Positions 37,851 to 46,791 of a DNA stretch of 64,000 nucleotides are shown one piece after another. The notes under the pieces are model-generated. The model was not told the DNA's origin. It did no database searches and was given only the letters and a program-made list of their open reading frames with translations. Origin of the DNA: Candidatus Melainabacteria bacterium 17Bon1m (GTDB taxonomy: Bacteria > Cyanobacteriota > Vampirovibrionia > Obscuribacterales > Obscuribacteraceae); contig JAVLKG010000001.1 in NCBI GenBank assembly GCA_032128875.1, forward strand, positions 224,001-288,000, in the 5' to 3' direction. Made by a program: the position numbers and the translations under genes. Numbering within the stretch: the stretch's first letter is position 1; each line of letters opens with the position of its first letter.

Positions 37851-39443
37851 TTATTTGTCGGCCCGCGTAAACAGCCCTTGCCCGTTATTGTTCAAGTTAT
37901 CGATCATCACACTTACAGGTCGTCCGTCTGTGCCAATCGCAAACGTAATTGCACTTACTCCCCACAAATCTTCGCTTTCCATTTCCCATGTGAATGTGTC
38001 ACGATCGTAGTGTTTGATCGGCTTTACTAGATTGTTTCCGAGCATCATGGTGAGCCCATCTCCCGAGGCGGTGATTTTGAGATCACCATAAAAATCGTTT
38101 GAGTAAGTTCCAACGTAAGTATCTAATTTTTGCGCTGGTGTCGGTGATTTCGGTGGTTTGCTTAGGTTGCCAACCGACAATCCAAATTCAGCTGGGTCTT
38201 CGAATATCTGCTTGAACAACTGCATCCAATCCTGGGTTGTCTTGCCGTATGACGCCAGGTCTGTAAAAGTTGCCGTCATGCCTTCTGCTACACCGATAGG
38301 GAAGCCATTCGTCAGCACACAAATACCTAATTTTTCAGACGGTATCATCTTAACGTTGGTCGCAGCGCCCAGCTGGAATCCACCGGAGTGCGAGAGCACG
38401 CGCCGCCCGCGTTTGTCGAATGAAACATTGAATCCCAATCCGTAAAACTCGGGCATTCCATTGATTGGACTACGACCGGACACCATCTGCGGTGTGTGTG
38501 TTTCTTCCACTGCATTCTCATCGACGATCTGCTTACCTTCAAATTTTCCGTTTTCGATTTGCAGACGCATCCACTTAGACATGTCGTTTACGGAAGAACT
38601 TACGCCACCTGCAGGAGATTGAGGATCTGGCGTGCGTTGATGTTTGTGCACCCATTTACCGTCAATACGCATGTGACCCATAGCTTTGTTGGGGGCGTTC
38701 ATGAAATCTGCAAACGACGAACTTGTTGAAATCATACCGATCGGCTTGTAGAGCTTTTCTTTGCTCAGCTCTTCCCAGCTCGTTTTGGCGGCCTTAGCTG
38801 TTGCGACTCCAGCTTCTGTCAGTCCGTAATTTGTATATGCATATTTTGAGCGAAAACTGCTGGCCGGTTTTTGGTATCGCAAGCGGTGCAAAATTTGCGC
38901 GCGATCGTAGCCGATATCTTCTAGTATGTCAGCAGCATGTGCCGGCAAACCACTGCGATGTGAGTATAAATCCCGAATAGTTATATTGGCTGTTACCCAG
39001 GGATCTGACAATGCAAATGATGGATCGAGGTCACTTATTTTGGAATCCCACGAAACAATCTTTTCTCCAACCGCCGCCGCTACGACCGTTGAACCGACCG
39101 ATTTGGAAATTGATGCTAGTTGAAAAACGGTGTCGGGATCAATTTTCTCCGCTTTTCCCACCTCGCGAACACCATAGCCCTTTGCAAAGACGAGCTTATC
39201 GTTGTGGACAACTGCTATTGCCAATCCCGGTAAGATGTTGTGGTCGATTTGTTTTTGCGCGAGTTTGTCGATTGCATCAATCGCACTTTGAACTTCCGCA
39301 TCGGTTATCGTCGGTTGTGCATAGTCAAGATTGAATTTGAGCTTAGGCTGCTCCTCTGCTGTTGCCGGCGATGGCAGAATGCCGGATTGCGCGATTGTCA
39401 ATGACAGCGCAAGAAGCGCAGCGGTGATTTTGCGGAGATACAT
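37851..39443 (-). CDS. Serine hydrolase (beta-lactamase/AmpC-like) with DUF3471-like C-terminus
   Basis: SISK (SxxK), YTN, HSGG; YVGTYSNDFYG. Confidence 0.9.
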   Translation of the reverse strand: MYLRKITAALLALSLTIAQSGILPSPATAEEQPKLKFNLDYAQPTITDAEVQSAIDAIDKLAQKQIDHNILPGLAIAVVHNDKLVFAKGYGVREVGKAEKIDPDTVFQLASISKSVGSTVVAAAVGEKIVSWDSKISDLDPSFALSDPWVTANITIRDLYSHRSGLPAHAADILEDIGYDRAQILHRLRYQKPASSFRSKYAYTNYGLTEAGVATAKAAKTSWEELSKEKLYKPIGMISTSSSFADFMNAPNKAMGHMRIDGKWVHKHQRTPDPQSPAGGVSSSVNDMSKWMRLQIENGKFEGKQIVDENAVEETHTPQMVSGRSPINGMPEFYGLGFNVSFDKRGRRVLSHSGGFQLGAATNVKMIPSEKLGICVLTNGFPIGVAEGMTATFTDLASYGKTTQDWMQLFKQIFEDPAEFGLSVGNLSKPPKSPTPAQKLDTYVGTYSNDFYGDLKITASGDGLTMMLGNNLVKPIKHYDRDTFTWEMESEDLWGVSAITFAIGTDGRPVSVMIDNLNNNGQGLFTRADK

Positions 39444-39617
39444 GGGAAGCCTCTTGTTTTCCAGTGACCTTAGATAACTTGATGATCTTAGATCACGAAG
39501 CGTGGACTGTAAAAAAGGGCGACGCCATGCATCGCCCCCCCAGATCTTATATAGGTTCTATCGCCCTGATGTTAACCGTCTCTGTAGGCAGATTCCATCG
39601 CCCTTACTACTGACCAA

Positions 39618-40076
39618 TTACGATTCAGGACCGTCTGGAATTTCAGCTTCCACCAATTTTGTTAGAAGTGTGAGCGATTCTTGCCAGCCGAGATAACAAC
39701 CGTCTGGCGGAATCATCTCTGGAATACCTTCCTGAGTAATTACCACGTCTGTACCGACTGACACTTTCTTGAAGAGAATGGTCGTCATCATCTCGCCGGG
39801 AAGGTTGTTGCCTTCAAACTTGTCGGTGTAGCGAAGTTTCTCGCCTGGCTTCATCTCGACGAACGTGCCACCAAATGCATGGGAGGCGCCGGTGCTGAAA
39901 TTGGTGAAGGACATTCTGTAGCTGCCGCCTTCGCGTGCATCCATTTCATGAACCTTGCCCGTGAAGCCATTCGGTGGCAACCACTTTGCCATCGCATCTG
40001 GATCAATGAACGCTTTGTAGATTCGGTCTGCGGGCGCGCGAAGCACGCGATGCAATTTTACGGTGTTTCCTGCCAT
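39618..40076 (-). CDS. SRPBCC/AHSA1 family protein
   Basis: VKLHRVLRAPADRIYKAF, WLPPNGF, CYLGWQESL. Confidence 0.9.
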   Translation of the reverse strand: MAGNTVKLHRVLRAPADRIYKAFIDPDAMAKWLPPNGFTGKVHEMDAREGGSYRMSFTNFSTGASHAFGGTFVEMKPGEKLRYTDKFEGNNLPGEMMTTILFKKVSVGTDVVITQEGIPEMIPPDGCYLGWQESLTLLTKLVEAEIPDGPES

Positions 40077-40192
40077 GGGTTGGTCCTTTCGCAGTGTTGT
40101 AATGGACGGTGGATCATAGCAGGATCGATTTGCGCAAAACACCCCTTCCCGCGGGATTAAAAGTGATTACTGCCTTGATTGGGCTCCAGCAT

Positions 40193-40681
40193 CTATCGCA
40201 CGAATTGCATCATCCTAGGCGCGAGCGCTGGTCCCAAGATGCTTATCGCACGCACCGCCGCTGGAAATAGTGCAGGATTCGATACACAGATTCCAACTAT
40301 TCCGACAACAACTGCGATGGCGAGCGCCGCTTTCAATGCCTCCTTTGCTTCCTCGGACAAATCCAGGATGTCTTCCGGATTTGGTATCCAGTCAGGTTTG
40401 CCAGGATTGTCGCCGCCAGGATGTTTATCGCCGCCCTTTCCCATTGGAATAATTGGCTTGATCGGATTGATTTTGCCTAAGTAGTGGTCCCCGTCAACCT
40501 GCTTCAAATGAAGATTATCGAGCAGCTCCTTAGCATCGGCAAATCCAAGATCTCGCAGTTGTTCTTTTGGTAGTTGTTTCACGCGGTCAACGTCGTTTTT
40601 CGTTAACGTGAATTCCAGCGGTTTTTGTTCGAATTGCAGTTGTCCATGGCTGCCTTCAAAAGCTTCAATTCTGGCGCTCAT
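40193..40681 (-). CDS. Hypothetical protein with C-terminal hydrophobic segment
   Basis: 162-aa ORF, GAGG RBS. Confidence 0.5.
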   Translation of the reverse strand: MSARIEAFEGSHGQLQFEQKPLEFTLTKNDVDRVKQLPKEQLRDLGFADAKELLDNLHLKQVDGDHYLGKINPIKPIIPMGKGGDKHPGGDNPGKPDWIPNPEDILDLSEEAKEALKAALAIAVVVGIVGICVSNPALFPAAVRAISILGPALAPRMMQFVR

Positions 40682-40948
40682 TTTGTAAAACCTCGCTCGC
40701 CTCTGCCTGGTTTCTATACTTTCGGCAATCTCTGGGTCGCAGCTCGGTCTTTAACAGGTCAATTTTGGGTCACTTGTTTAATTGTTCGTTCGAGTATCTT
40801 AAAACTGAAAGGTATTAGCTTTTAACGGTCGAATTTTGACCAATCCAGACTCTATTCGCAGAACAAATGCAATTGAACCGGTAATGTAGGCTGCTGACGA
40901 TGAGCCATCTTACGATGGTGCGAGTGAAGAACTCAACCATGGAACCAG

Positions 40949-41455
40949 ATGGCGTTTTCTATGAGAGATAACCAGCAAAGGCACTATAATAAAATTGATT
41001 TGTCGCTTCACAAGAATCGAATTGTGCAATGGTGCTCTGACTATTTGAATGGTTTTCGTGGCTGGAGTGACGACTATGATTTCCCAGGCGCCGCGACACT
41101 TTGCGCCATACCGCTAATCTCAGTGATTCAGGATGCTATGACAGAGAATAGTCAATCGTTTTCTCGTCCTGAGGACTTTAAGAAAAACGTGATTGCGCGC
41201 TTACGTGATGTCGACGAATGGCGCCTTGAAGGCGGAACACTCATTCGCAGATTTTCGGAGCAGTACGAGATGGATGTAGCTATTTCGATAACTACGGACG
41301 CCAAGTTTAAAGATGTAGAGATTGTCAAACAAGCTTTTGAAGGAAACAAGATAGTATACGTCCCGCTGTCGGTCGGCTATTTTCATTTGTACTCAGTTGA
41401 TGTTTTAGACGACAGAAAGGTTTGCAGACAACTTGTGAATGGTTGGCTTTCTTAA
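40949..41455 (+). CDS. Hypothetical protein
   Basis: 168-aa ORF. Confidence 0.55.
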   Translation: MAFSMRDNQQRHYNKIDLSLHKNRIVQWCSDYLNGFRGWSDDYDFPGAATLCAIPLISVIQDAMTENSQSFSRPEDFKKNVIARLRDVDEWRLEGGTLIRRFSEQYEMDVAISITTDAKFKDVEIVKQAFEGNKIVYVPLSVGYFHLYSVDVLDDRKVCRQLVNGWLS

Positions 41456-41506
41456 AGTAGGTCAAATCTCAGTTTTTTGATTTCGAGTCTCTTAAATTTG
41501 AGCGAT

Positions 41507-43327
41507 TCAATTTTGATTGTTTTCCAAACTAGTGATTAGCCTGTTTGTCTCGTCTCTTTTGACGATTCGAAACTCTTCGAAGTATTTGTCAGATGCCGTT
41601 TTTAGATCGGCAAGGGCCGCAGGGTAATTCTTTTGTGCAAGTTCAATCTGCGCTCTCAGCGCATAGTTGTCCGCGAGCATTTTTGCTGGTATTGCTGTTT
41701 TGAATAGCTGCGCTGCTGCCTCGACCTGACGATTTTTAAGTAAATACTCAACCTTTTCTTGTGAAACCAAGTCGCCGACTTCTGGATTAATGGTTCTTCT
41801 TATATACGTCTTTTCCTTCGCAATGGCTTTGTCGATCCACGAAAGTGCCATAGGAAAATTTCCTTCCGCTGCGTAAATCTTCGCTTGTGCGCGCATGAAT
41901 AATTCAGAGTTGCTTTTCTCTTTCCACTTTTGAGCTAGATCCTTTGCCTCCTCTGTTTTTCTGCCTGAAAGTAATCCAACAATATAGCTAAACCATTCTT
42001 CTTCATCTCGCGGATGCCATTCAACACATGCTTGCTCGGGGTGCTTTAAGCGTCCTTCGAGCAATTCCACAGTGTACAGACTCCCAAAGCCACCTTTAAA
42101 CCAAGTGAGTTCTAACAATCCTGATGGAACCTTATACCCTTCAATGGTTCCGAATTTCGGGTCGAGTTGTGTGGCTGGGACAGTCACTTTTTCCATAGTC
42201 AGAAAAGAGCGGCAATCTTCTTGCGTAATAGAGCAGTCCGTTGTATTTAGCCGTATCACCAATTTTAAAGCTTTACCGGAAGCATTGCGTTCCGGCCCGA
42301 CTTGAACCATATTGATGGACGTCAATTTGGGATCCGGCAAGTAGAAGCGAAACGAACCATCTGAGTTCTTTTCAAAGCTGTCGGCATGCAGTGCTTCTTT
42401 CAGTTTTTCTGGATTGAATGCGTCCTTTTGCGTTGCAAGGAATTTGATCAGTTCACAGATTTGGCATTTGTTTGTTACTGGAGGAGTTAGGTCAGCCTTG
42501 GTCGGCGTTGGACTTCCTGTCTCACACCTTCCAGCGCTTTCAAGGCAAACCTTCATAGCATCTTCTTTGCCTGTCCCTGCAAAATATCTAGCTGCTATTA
42601 GATAGTCTGAGCGAGCGCTTCCAAGCTTTCCATTCTTCTCTTCACTCAGAGCTAGTACATAACGATAGACACTCTCAGATAAATAGCTCTGTGGATTGTT
42701 AACCAATGCAGAAAAAATTGCTTCGGCATCTTTCGTTTTACCGTGTTCCAAAAGAACAACTGCGGCCGGAAATTTATATTGGGTTGATAATAGTTTTTCC
42801 GCATCCAATAAGGCCTCTGGAACTCGGTCCGCAGCAAGAAATAGCCTCATCCTTGTATTTAGATACTCTTGTAAGTTGTACGGGTTTTTACCGTCCCCCC
42901 TTTGTTCATCGAGGGATTTTTGTGCCGCTACGACACTTTTGCTGATCTCGGTAATGGCTTCATCAAAGTGTCCACTTGCTGCTAAATTACCGGCTCTGTA
43001 TGCTTCAAATTTGCCAGCGTCAAACCAACCGGTTAAACACCAGGCCTTAAATTTGTCATCTTCATCTGTTCGAAGATGGCGATTTACATGCTCCCATCTC
43101 TCCGAGCCCATCAGCTGTTGAAAGATGCTGTCTTTTGCAATTGCGGACGGAAGGTCTTTGTGAGACAAGCCAACAAACGCTTGTTGATCTTCTGTTTTTT
43201 CTTTCGCGTTTGGATCTGGTATATAGATGCCTGGCGCTGCCCACGCGACGTCAGTAGTTGCGGCAGCAAAAGCTATGGCAACACCTGCTACCAAACAAGC
43301 TCGTCGAAAATTGGCGTTTGATGCCAT
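41507..43327 (-). CDS. Secreted TPR-repeat protein
   Basis: Signal peptide; TPR-like segments at both ends. Confidence 0.65.
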   Translation of the reverse strand: MASNANFRRACLVAGVAIAFAAATTDVAWAAPGIYIPDPNAKEKTEDQQAFVGLSHKDLPSAIAKDSIFQQLMGSERWEHVNRHLRTDEDDKFKAWCLTGWFDAGKFEAYRAGNLAASGHFDEAITEISKSVVAAQKSLDEQRGDGKNPYNLQEYLNTRMRLFLAADRVPEALLDAEKLLSTQYKFPAAVVLLEHGKTKDAEAIFSALVNNPQSYLSESVYRYVLALSEEKNGKLGSARSDYLIAARYFAGTGKEDAMKVCLESAGRCETGSPTPTKADLTPPVTNKCQICELIKFLATQKDAFNPEKLKEALHADSFEKNSDGSFRFYLPDPKLTSINMVQVGPERNASGKALKLVIRLNTTDCSITQEDCRSFLTMEKVTVPATQLDPKFGTIEGYKVPSGLLELTWFKGGFGSLYTVELLEGRLKHPEQACVEWHPRDEEEWFSYIVGLLSGRKTEEAKDLAQKWKEKSNSELFMRAQAKIYAAEGNFPMALSWIDKAIAKEKTYIRRTINPEVGDLVSQEKVEYLLKNRQVEAAAQLFKTAIPAKMLADNYALRAQIELAQKNYPAALADLKTASDKYFEEFRIVKRDETNRLITSLENNQN

Positions 43328-43334
43328 TGGCTCC

Positions 43335-44222
43335 CTAACCCAATCCGCAGCCATGGCAAACTTGCTTGACGTACGGCTTTCCGTTATTGAGTGATTTTAC
43401 GATATTGGCTTGCTGATTGCTTTTTTGAGTCCAGCCGAAAAGTTGATACCACTTTTGCAATGCGACATGCCCAACTATACGCTTTTCTTTTGGAAGTTTA
43501 TCGAATTGCATAATCGCGCGAAGTTGATATGTTTCAGCTCTTTTGAAATCATATGTGCTCCGCTTATTAGGATCCGTGAATAAACCGGCCATTTGCTGCA
43601 ACGTGTATGCTGTTGTTTCAATGACACTTTCGTCTAGTCCTCTTGCGTTTTCCAACGCGCGGAGCTGTTCGTCCAAGTCAGCAGTTTGTTTGTTTGCTTC
43701 TTCTGCTGCACCGATCTGATTGTAGAAATTGATGAGGCTAACAAGATATTGCAAACGTTCCCTGGAGCCGATCGGAAGTTTGATGGCGAATTCTAGCCCA
43801 ATGGTTGCTGCGCGCCGCGCTTTGACCTTGTCGTATGGAGCCATCTCGAAAGCATAATTGCTCATGAGCCCTGGGATTATAAGCTCGGGAGCTCGGAACG
43901 TTTTTGCAGACTCGATTGCTCGGGTAATTGTCTTTTCTGCCTGTACAATTTGACCAGTCAGTATGTACACACGAGCTAGATCACCGAGTCTGACTGGGTA
44001 ATCCTCGATCAAAGTGCCATGTTGTTTTTCGTACTCTTGAAGATCCTTTTCTGCCAAGTTGATCTGCAACTTTTGGTCAGCCGTTAGAGCCTTAGGTGAG
44101 TTAACGCTCGGATTTACCGCGGTCCTTGGTTGCTTAGGGGCGTCTTTCGCAAGCGATGTATGTCCCGCTATTAGAAGCCCGACATTTATTGCGCACAACG
44201 CTCGCGCTGTCTTCGCCTTCAT
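43335..44222 (-). CDS. Secreted helical-repeat protein with C-terminal CHGCGLG
   Basis: Signal peptide; TPR-like helices; terminal CxxCGxG. Confidence 0.6.
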   Translation of the reverse strand: MKAKTARALCAINVGLLIAGHTSLAKDAPKQPRTAVNPSVNSPKALTADQKLQINLAEKDLQEYEKQHGTLIEDYPVRLGDLARVYILTGQIVQAEKTITRAIESAKTFRAPELIIPGLMSNYAFEMAPYDKVKARRAATIGLEFAIKLPIGSRERLQYLVSLINFYNQIGAAEEANKQTADLDEQLRALENARGLDESVIETTAYTLQQMAGLFTDPNKRSTYDFKRAETYQLRAIMQFDKLPKEKRIVGHVALQKWYQLFGWTQKSNQQANIVKSLNNGKPYVKQVCHGCGLG

Positions 44223-44298
44223 GACTAACCTCGATGTATCGATATAGTTAGTTTGCCTGAAAGCGCAGATTCACGCAAGATGAGGCAAACTATTTGTG

Positions 44299-44733
44299 CT
44301 ATTCCTCTCGTTGTAGTTGACCGTTCACATGTATCTTGCTTCCGTCTGCATCTGTCGTGAAGCATTGGAAGCTGATGGTATCAATGTGATTTTGGCTTGA
44401 TCCGTAGCCCGTCATAATCAGCAAAGGTTTAAATCTGTTTGACGAAAATGAGGCCACAAAAACGTCCGGCGTTGTCTTATTATTTCTGTCTGCATAAGCT
44501 TCGAGGGTCGCTTCACCTATTGAAACTTCATCAGGAAAGCCCACCAGTGCCCCTCGAACTTTTACGCTTCCGTCTTTCTCTTTTGTGAAACTGAGCCTTT
44601 TGATGGTGACAAAATTCGTTTCTTTGCTGGTGAAGTTACCAGTCCACTTCTCTGGATAATTAGCTGCAAGCCCTAAGGACGGAGTTCCCAATGATATTGC
44701 TGCAATTGCAGCAGAAATGAATGCCCCTTTCAT
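44299..44733 (-). CDS. Hypothetical secreted protein
   Basis: GGAGGGG RBS; signal peptide. Confidence 0.6.
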   Translation of the reverse strand: MKGAFISAAIAAISLGTPSLGLAANYPEKWTGNFTSKETNFVTIKRLSFTKEKDGSVKVRGALVGFPDEVSIGEATLEAYADRNNKTTPDVFVASFSSNRFKPLLIMTGYGSSQNHIDTISFQCFTTDADGSKIHVNGQLQREE

Positions 44734-44837
44734 ATCCCCTCCAGAGGTTGTCGTCGCCTAATCATACTATTTGGTAAGTATTAAGGGGTATTGCATCCGC
44801 AAATCGAACTTCACTTTGCGAAGGAATTTAAAAAAGA

Positions 44838-45070
44838 CTATCTGTCTTTTGAAAGTGAGATTCTGATTCGCAGGTCTAGAGCACTTGCGGTTCTTACAAG
44901 CATCGGAAGTGAGTGTCCTTCATAGTCAGAATCCTCTAGTCGACTTATCACTGACTGGGTCGTACCTGTCAGGTCTGCAAGTCCTTTCTGACTTAATCCT
45001 GCTTCTTTTCGCGCCTCGTAAATCATCACTGCTATTTCAGAACTGAGGCGCTCATTTGATTTAGTGGTTG
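44838..45070 (-). pseudogene. 5'-truncated XRE/HigA-like HTH gene
   Basis: ERLSSEIAVMIYEARKEAGLSQKGLADLTGTTQSVISRLEDSDYEGHSL; the frame continues upstream of GTG 45029 to a stop, without an RBS. Confidence 0.5.
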
Positions 45071-45143
45071 TTTAGGTCTAGCAATGAGAGGTGGTCGGCC
45101 AGCCTTTCTGGTTGCCTGCAAACATTCGAGAGAGGTCGTGAAA

Positions 45144-45228
45144 TGGCGGAGATGGCATGGACTCGAACCTGCAACGCTTTCGCGCGCCTGTTTTCAAGAC
45201 AGGCTCCTTTCCAATTCGGATCATCTCC
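45144..45228 (-). tRNA. tRNA-Ser(TGA)
   Basis: CCTGT-CT TGA AA-ACAGG arm, long variable arm, encoded CCA. Confidence 0.85.
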
Positions 45229-45233
45229 GTAAT

Positions 45234-45306
45234 TGCCAACGACTGGAATCGAACCAGTTTCGTGCCGTCTTCAGCGGCTCGTGTTGACCACAATCACCAC
45301 ATTGGC
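45234..45306 (-). tRNA. tRNA-Phe(GAA)
   Basis: Acceptor GCCAATG/CGTTGGC, loop CT GAA GA, TTCGATT; no CCA. Confidence 0.75.
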
Positions 45307-45307
45307 A

Positions 45308-45381
45308 TGGCGCGTCGACCTCGATTCGAACGAGGACCAGCAACTTTGGAGGTTGCGCGGCTACCGTTACCTCATCGACGC
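45308..45381 (-). tRNA. tRNA-Trp(CCA)
   Basis: GCAAC-CT CCA AA-GTTGC; TTCGAAT; CCA end. Confidence 0.85.
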
Positions 45382-45382
45382 A

Positions 45383-45458
45383 TGGAGCACACGAGCCGAT
45401 TTGCACGGCTGCGTAGCGGGGTTGCAATCCGCCGGCTTGCTGTCTTGCCTACGTGTGC
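45383..45458 (-). tRNA. tRNA-Cys(GCA), atypical T-loop
   Basis: Loop TT GCA AC; U73 + CCA; T-loop TGCAAAT. Confidence 0.75.
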
Positions 45459-45459
45459 A

Positions 45460-45535
45460 TGGAGCCGTCAGCAGGAATTGAACCCGCAACCAATCGCTTA
45501 CAAGGCGATTGCTCTACCAATTGAGCTATAACGGC
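45460..45535 (-). tRNA. tRNA-Thr(TGT)
   Basis: ATCGC-CT TGT AA-GCGAT; canonical D-arm; CCA end. Confidence 0.9.
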
Positions 45536-45588
45536 GTGTGTTGAACGTCAGATTGTTGAAACCTCGTGAGTTGGTTAGATAAAACAAT

Positions 45589-45660
45589 TGGAGGCAGTAG
45601 GAATCGAACCTACCTGGAGCTGGTTAAAAGCCAGATACATAGCCAATCTGCCATGCCTCC
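45589..45660 (-). tRNA. tRNA-Lys(TTT)
   Basis: Acceptor GGAGGCA/TGCCTCC; loop CT TTT AA; TTCGATT; no CCA. Confidence 0.8.
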
Positions 45661-45683
45661 GCAAAAGTTTCTGAAAAAAAATT

Positions 45684-45778
45684 GGGCGTGTGCAACACGC
45701 CCCCACGCTCTGGAAGAGCCGGCTGGAAGCCAGCGCTCCGGCCGATTTAGAAGCGGGCGAGCCGCCGGCGCTCCCAGG
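45684..45778. repeat. REP-like palindromes inside the tRNA array
   Basis: GGGCGTGTGCAACACGCCCCCACGCT; GGCGAGCCGCCGGCGCTCCCAG (reverse complement of a copy near 31911). Confidence 0.65.
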
Positions 45779-45783
45779 AAAAA

Positions 45784-45856
45784 AGCCCCTGCCAGGATTT
45801 GAACCTGGACCCTTCTGGTTCGTAGCCAGATGCTCAATCCGTTGAGCTACAGGGAC
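45784..45856 (-). tRNA. tRNA-Arg(ACG)
   Basis: TCTGG-CT ACG AA-CCAGA; TTCAAAT; no CCA. Confidence 0.85.
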
Positions 45857-45917
45857 AATGCCGGACCTAAAGGCTCAGCTTTGGTCCGGGTTTCTCGGCG
45901 GCCGCCGTAGAAATGAT

Positions 45918-45988
45918 AGCCCACCATCGGATTCGAACCGATATCTCCGCCGTGGCGCGACGGGGTTCTGCCATTGAACCAGGTAGGC
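45918..45988 (-). tRNA. tRNA-Gly(GCC), atypical (C33)
   Basis: CCGTC-GC GCC AC-GGCGG; U73; TTCGAAT. Confidence 0.7.
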
Positions 45989-45991
45989 GAA

Positions 45992-46062
45992 TTGCCACAG
46001 CAGGAGTCGCACCTACACCACTCGCTTATCAGGCGAGCGCTCTACTGTTGAGCTATGCAGCA
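45992..46062 (-). tRNA. tRNA-Ile(GAT), atypical T- and D-loops
   Basis: CTCGC-CT GAT AA-GCGAG; T-loop TGCGACT; D-loop lacks GG. Confidence 0.7.
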
Positions 46063-46066
46063 CTAA

Positions 46067-46138
46067 TGCCCGATGAAGGATTTGAACCTTCAACCCTCTC
46101 CTTGTAATGGAGTAGCTCTACCGTTGAGCTAACCGGGC
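46067..46138 (-). tRNA. tRNA-Val(TAC)
   Basis: Acceptor GCCCGGT/ATCGGGC; loop AT TAC AA; TTCAAAT. Confidence 0.8.
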
Positions 46139-46141
46139 GAA

Positions 46142-46214
46142 TGGAGACTATCGGAATCGAACCGATGACCTTCTCGTTGCAGGCGAGTTGCTCTGCCGTC
46201 TGAGCTTAGTCCCC
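46142..46214 (-). tRNA. tRNA-Ala(TGC), atypical (C33)
   Basis: G3:U70 identity pair (GGGGACT/AGTCTCC); loop CC TGC AA. Confidence 0.8.
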
Positions 46215-46521
46215 ATGTTTTCTCGATTTTCAGGGTGCGATGTTTCCGAAGTGAACAGATGAAAGTGCGAAGTGTTCAAAATGAGTATGGGTGAGTTCAA
46301 AAGTTATGCGACTAAATTTTTTCTGACACCTCCCTGCGCTAGAGCGAGCTAGGACAATGGCACCACTAATGGTGACACTGCAGATTAAGAAGCGAATTTA
46401 TTCACACGACGTTGATCGGTCAGCAAAGCTGCGATTGCGCGCTAACGCAAATCAATCAGCAAATGCTTGATCGAAGAATGTCTAGTTATCGGGATTCCCG
46501 TGAATAGAGAGCCTTAAAGAC

Positions 46522-46548
46522 AAAAATGCCTGGGCTCTTTACCCAGGC
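46522..46548 (-). terminator. Intrinsic terminator (attenuator) upstream of the tRNA array
   Basis: GCCTGGG-TAAAGAG-CCCAGGC-ATTTTT on the minus strand. Confidence 0.75.
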
Positions 46549-46574
46549 TCTGCGGAGTTAGATACCAATCAATC

Positions 46575-46691
46575 TCATCGCATTACTGGGATTTTCACGC
46601 GCACGTTTGCCGTGCCGCCGCAAAACACTGGACGTCCGGAGTCGGCGCGCCATGTGCGTTTGGTGGTTGAGCAAATAATTGATTTATTCAT
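46575..46691 (-). CDS. 38-aa leader peptide MNKSIICSTTKRTWRADSGRPVFCGGTANVRVKIPVMR
   Basis: TAAGGTG RBS 6 nt before ATG; lies between the promoter and the terminator; too short for the ORF track. Confidence 0.65.
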   Translation of the reverse strand: MNKSIICSTTKRTWRADSGRPVFCGGTANVRVKIPVMR

Positions 46692-46759
46692 AGTCTGCAC
46701 CTTAGTGTCCTTTATGATCATTAGTGATCATAAAGTCGGCCCGAAGACCGACTAAATTC

Positions 46760-46788
46760 AACATACCACAACACCCCTGACGCCGCAA
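46760..46788 (-). promoter_or_regulatory. Sigma70-type promoter of the leader/tRNA array
   Basis: TTGCGG-17 nt-TATGTT with extended TG; a cUUCGg hairpin follows immediately (46734-46753). Confidence 0.65.
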
Positions 46789-46791
46789 GAA

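Noticed and set aside
45859-45912. Possible twelfth tRNA between Arg and Gly
   Set aside because: Only hairpins (CCGGACC...GGTCCGG); no T-loop or anticodon arm
45078-46107. Short ORFs across the tRNA region
   Set aside because: They overlap recognisable tRNA cloverleaves
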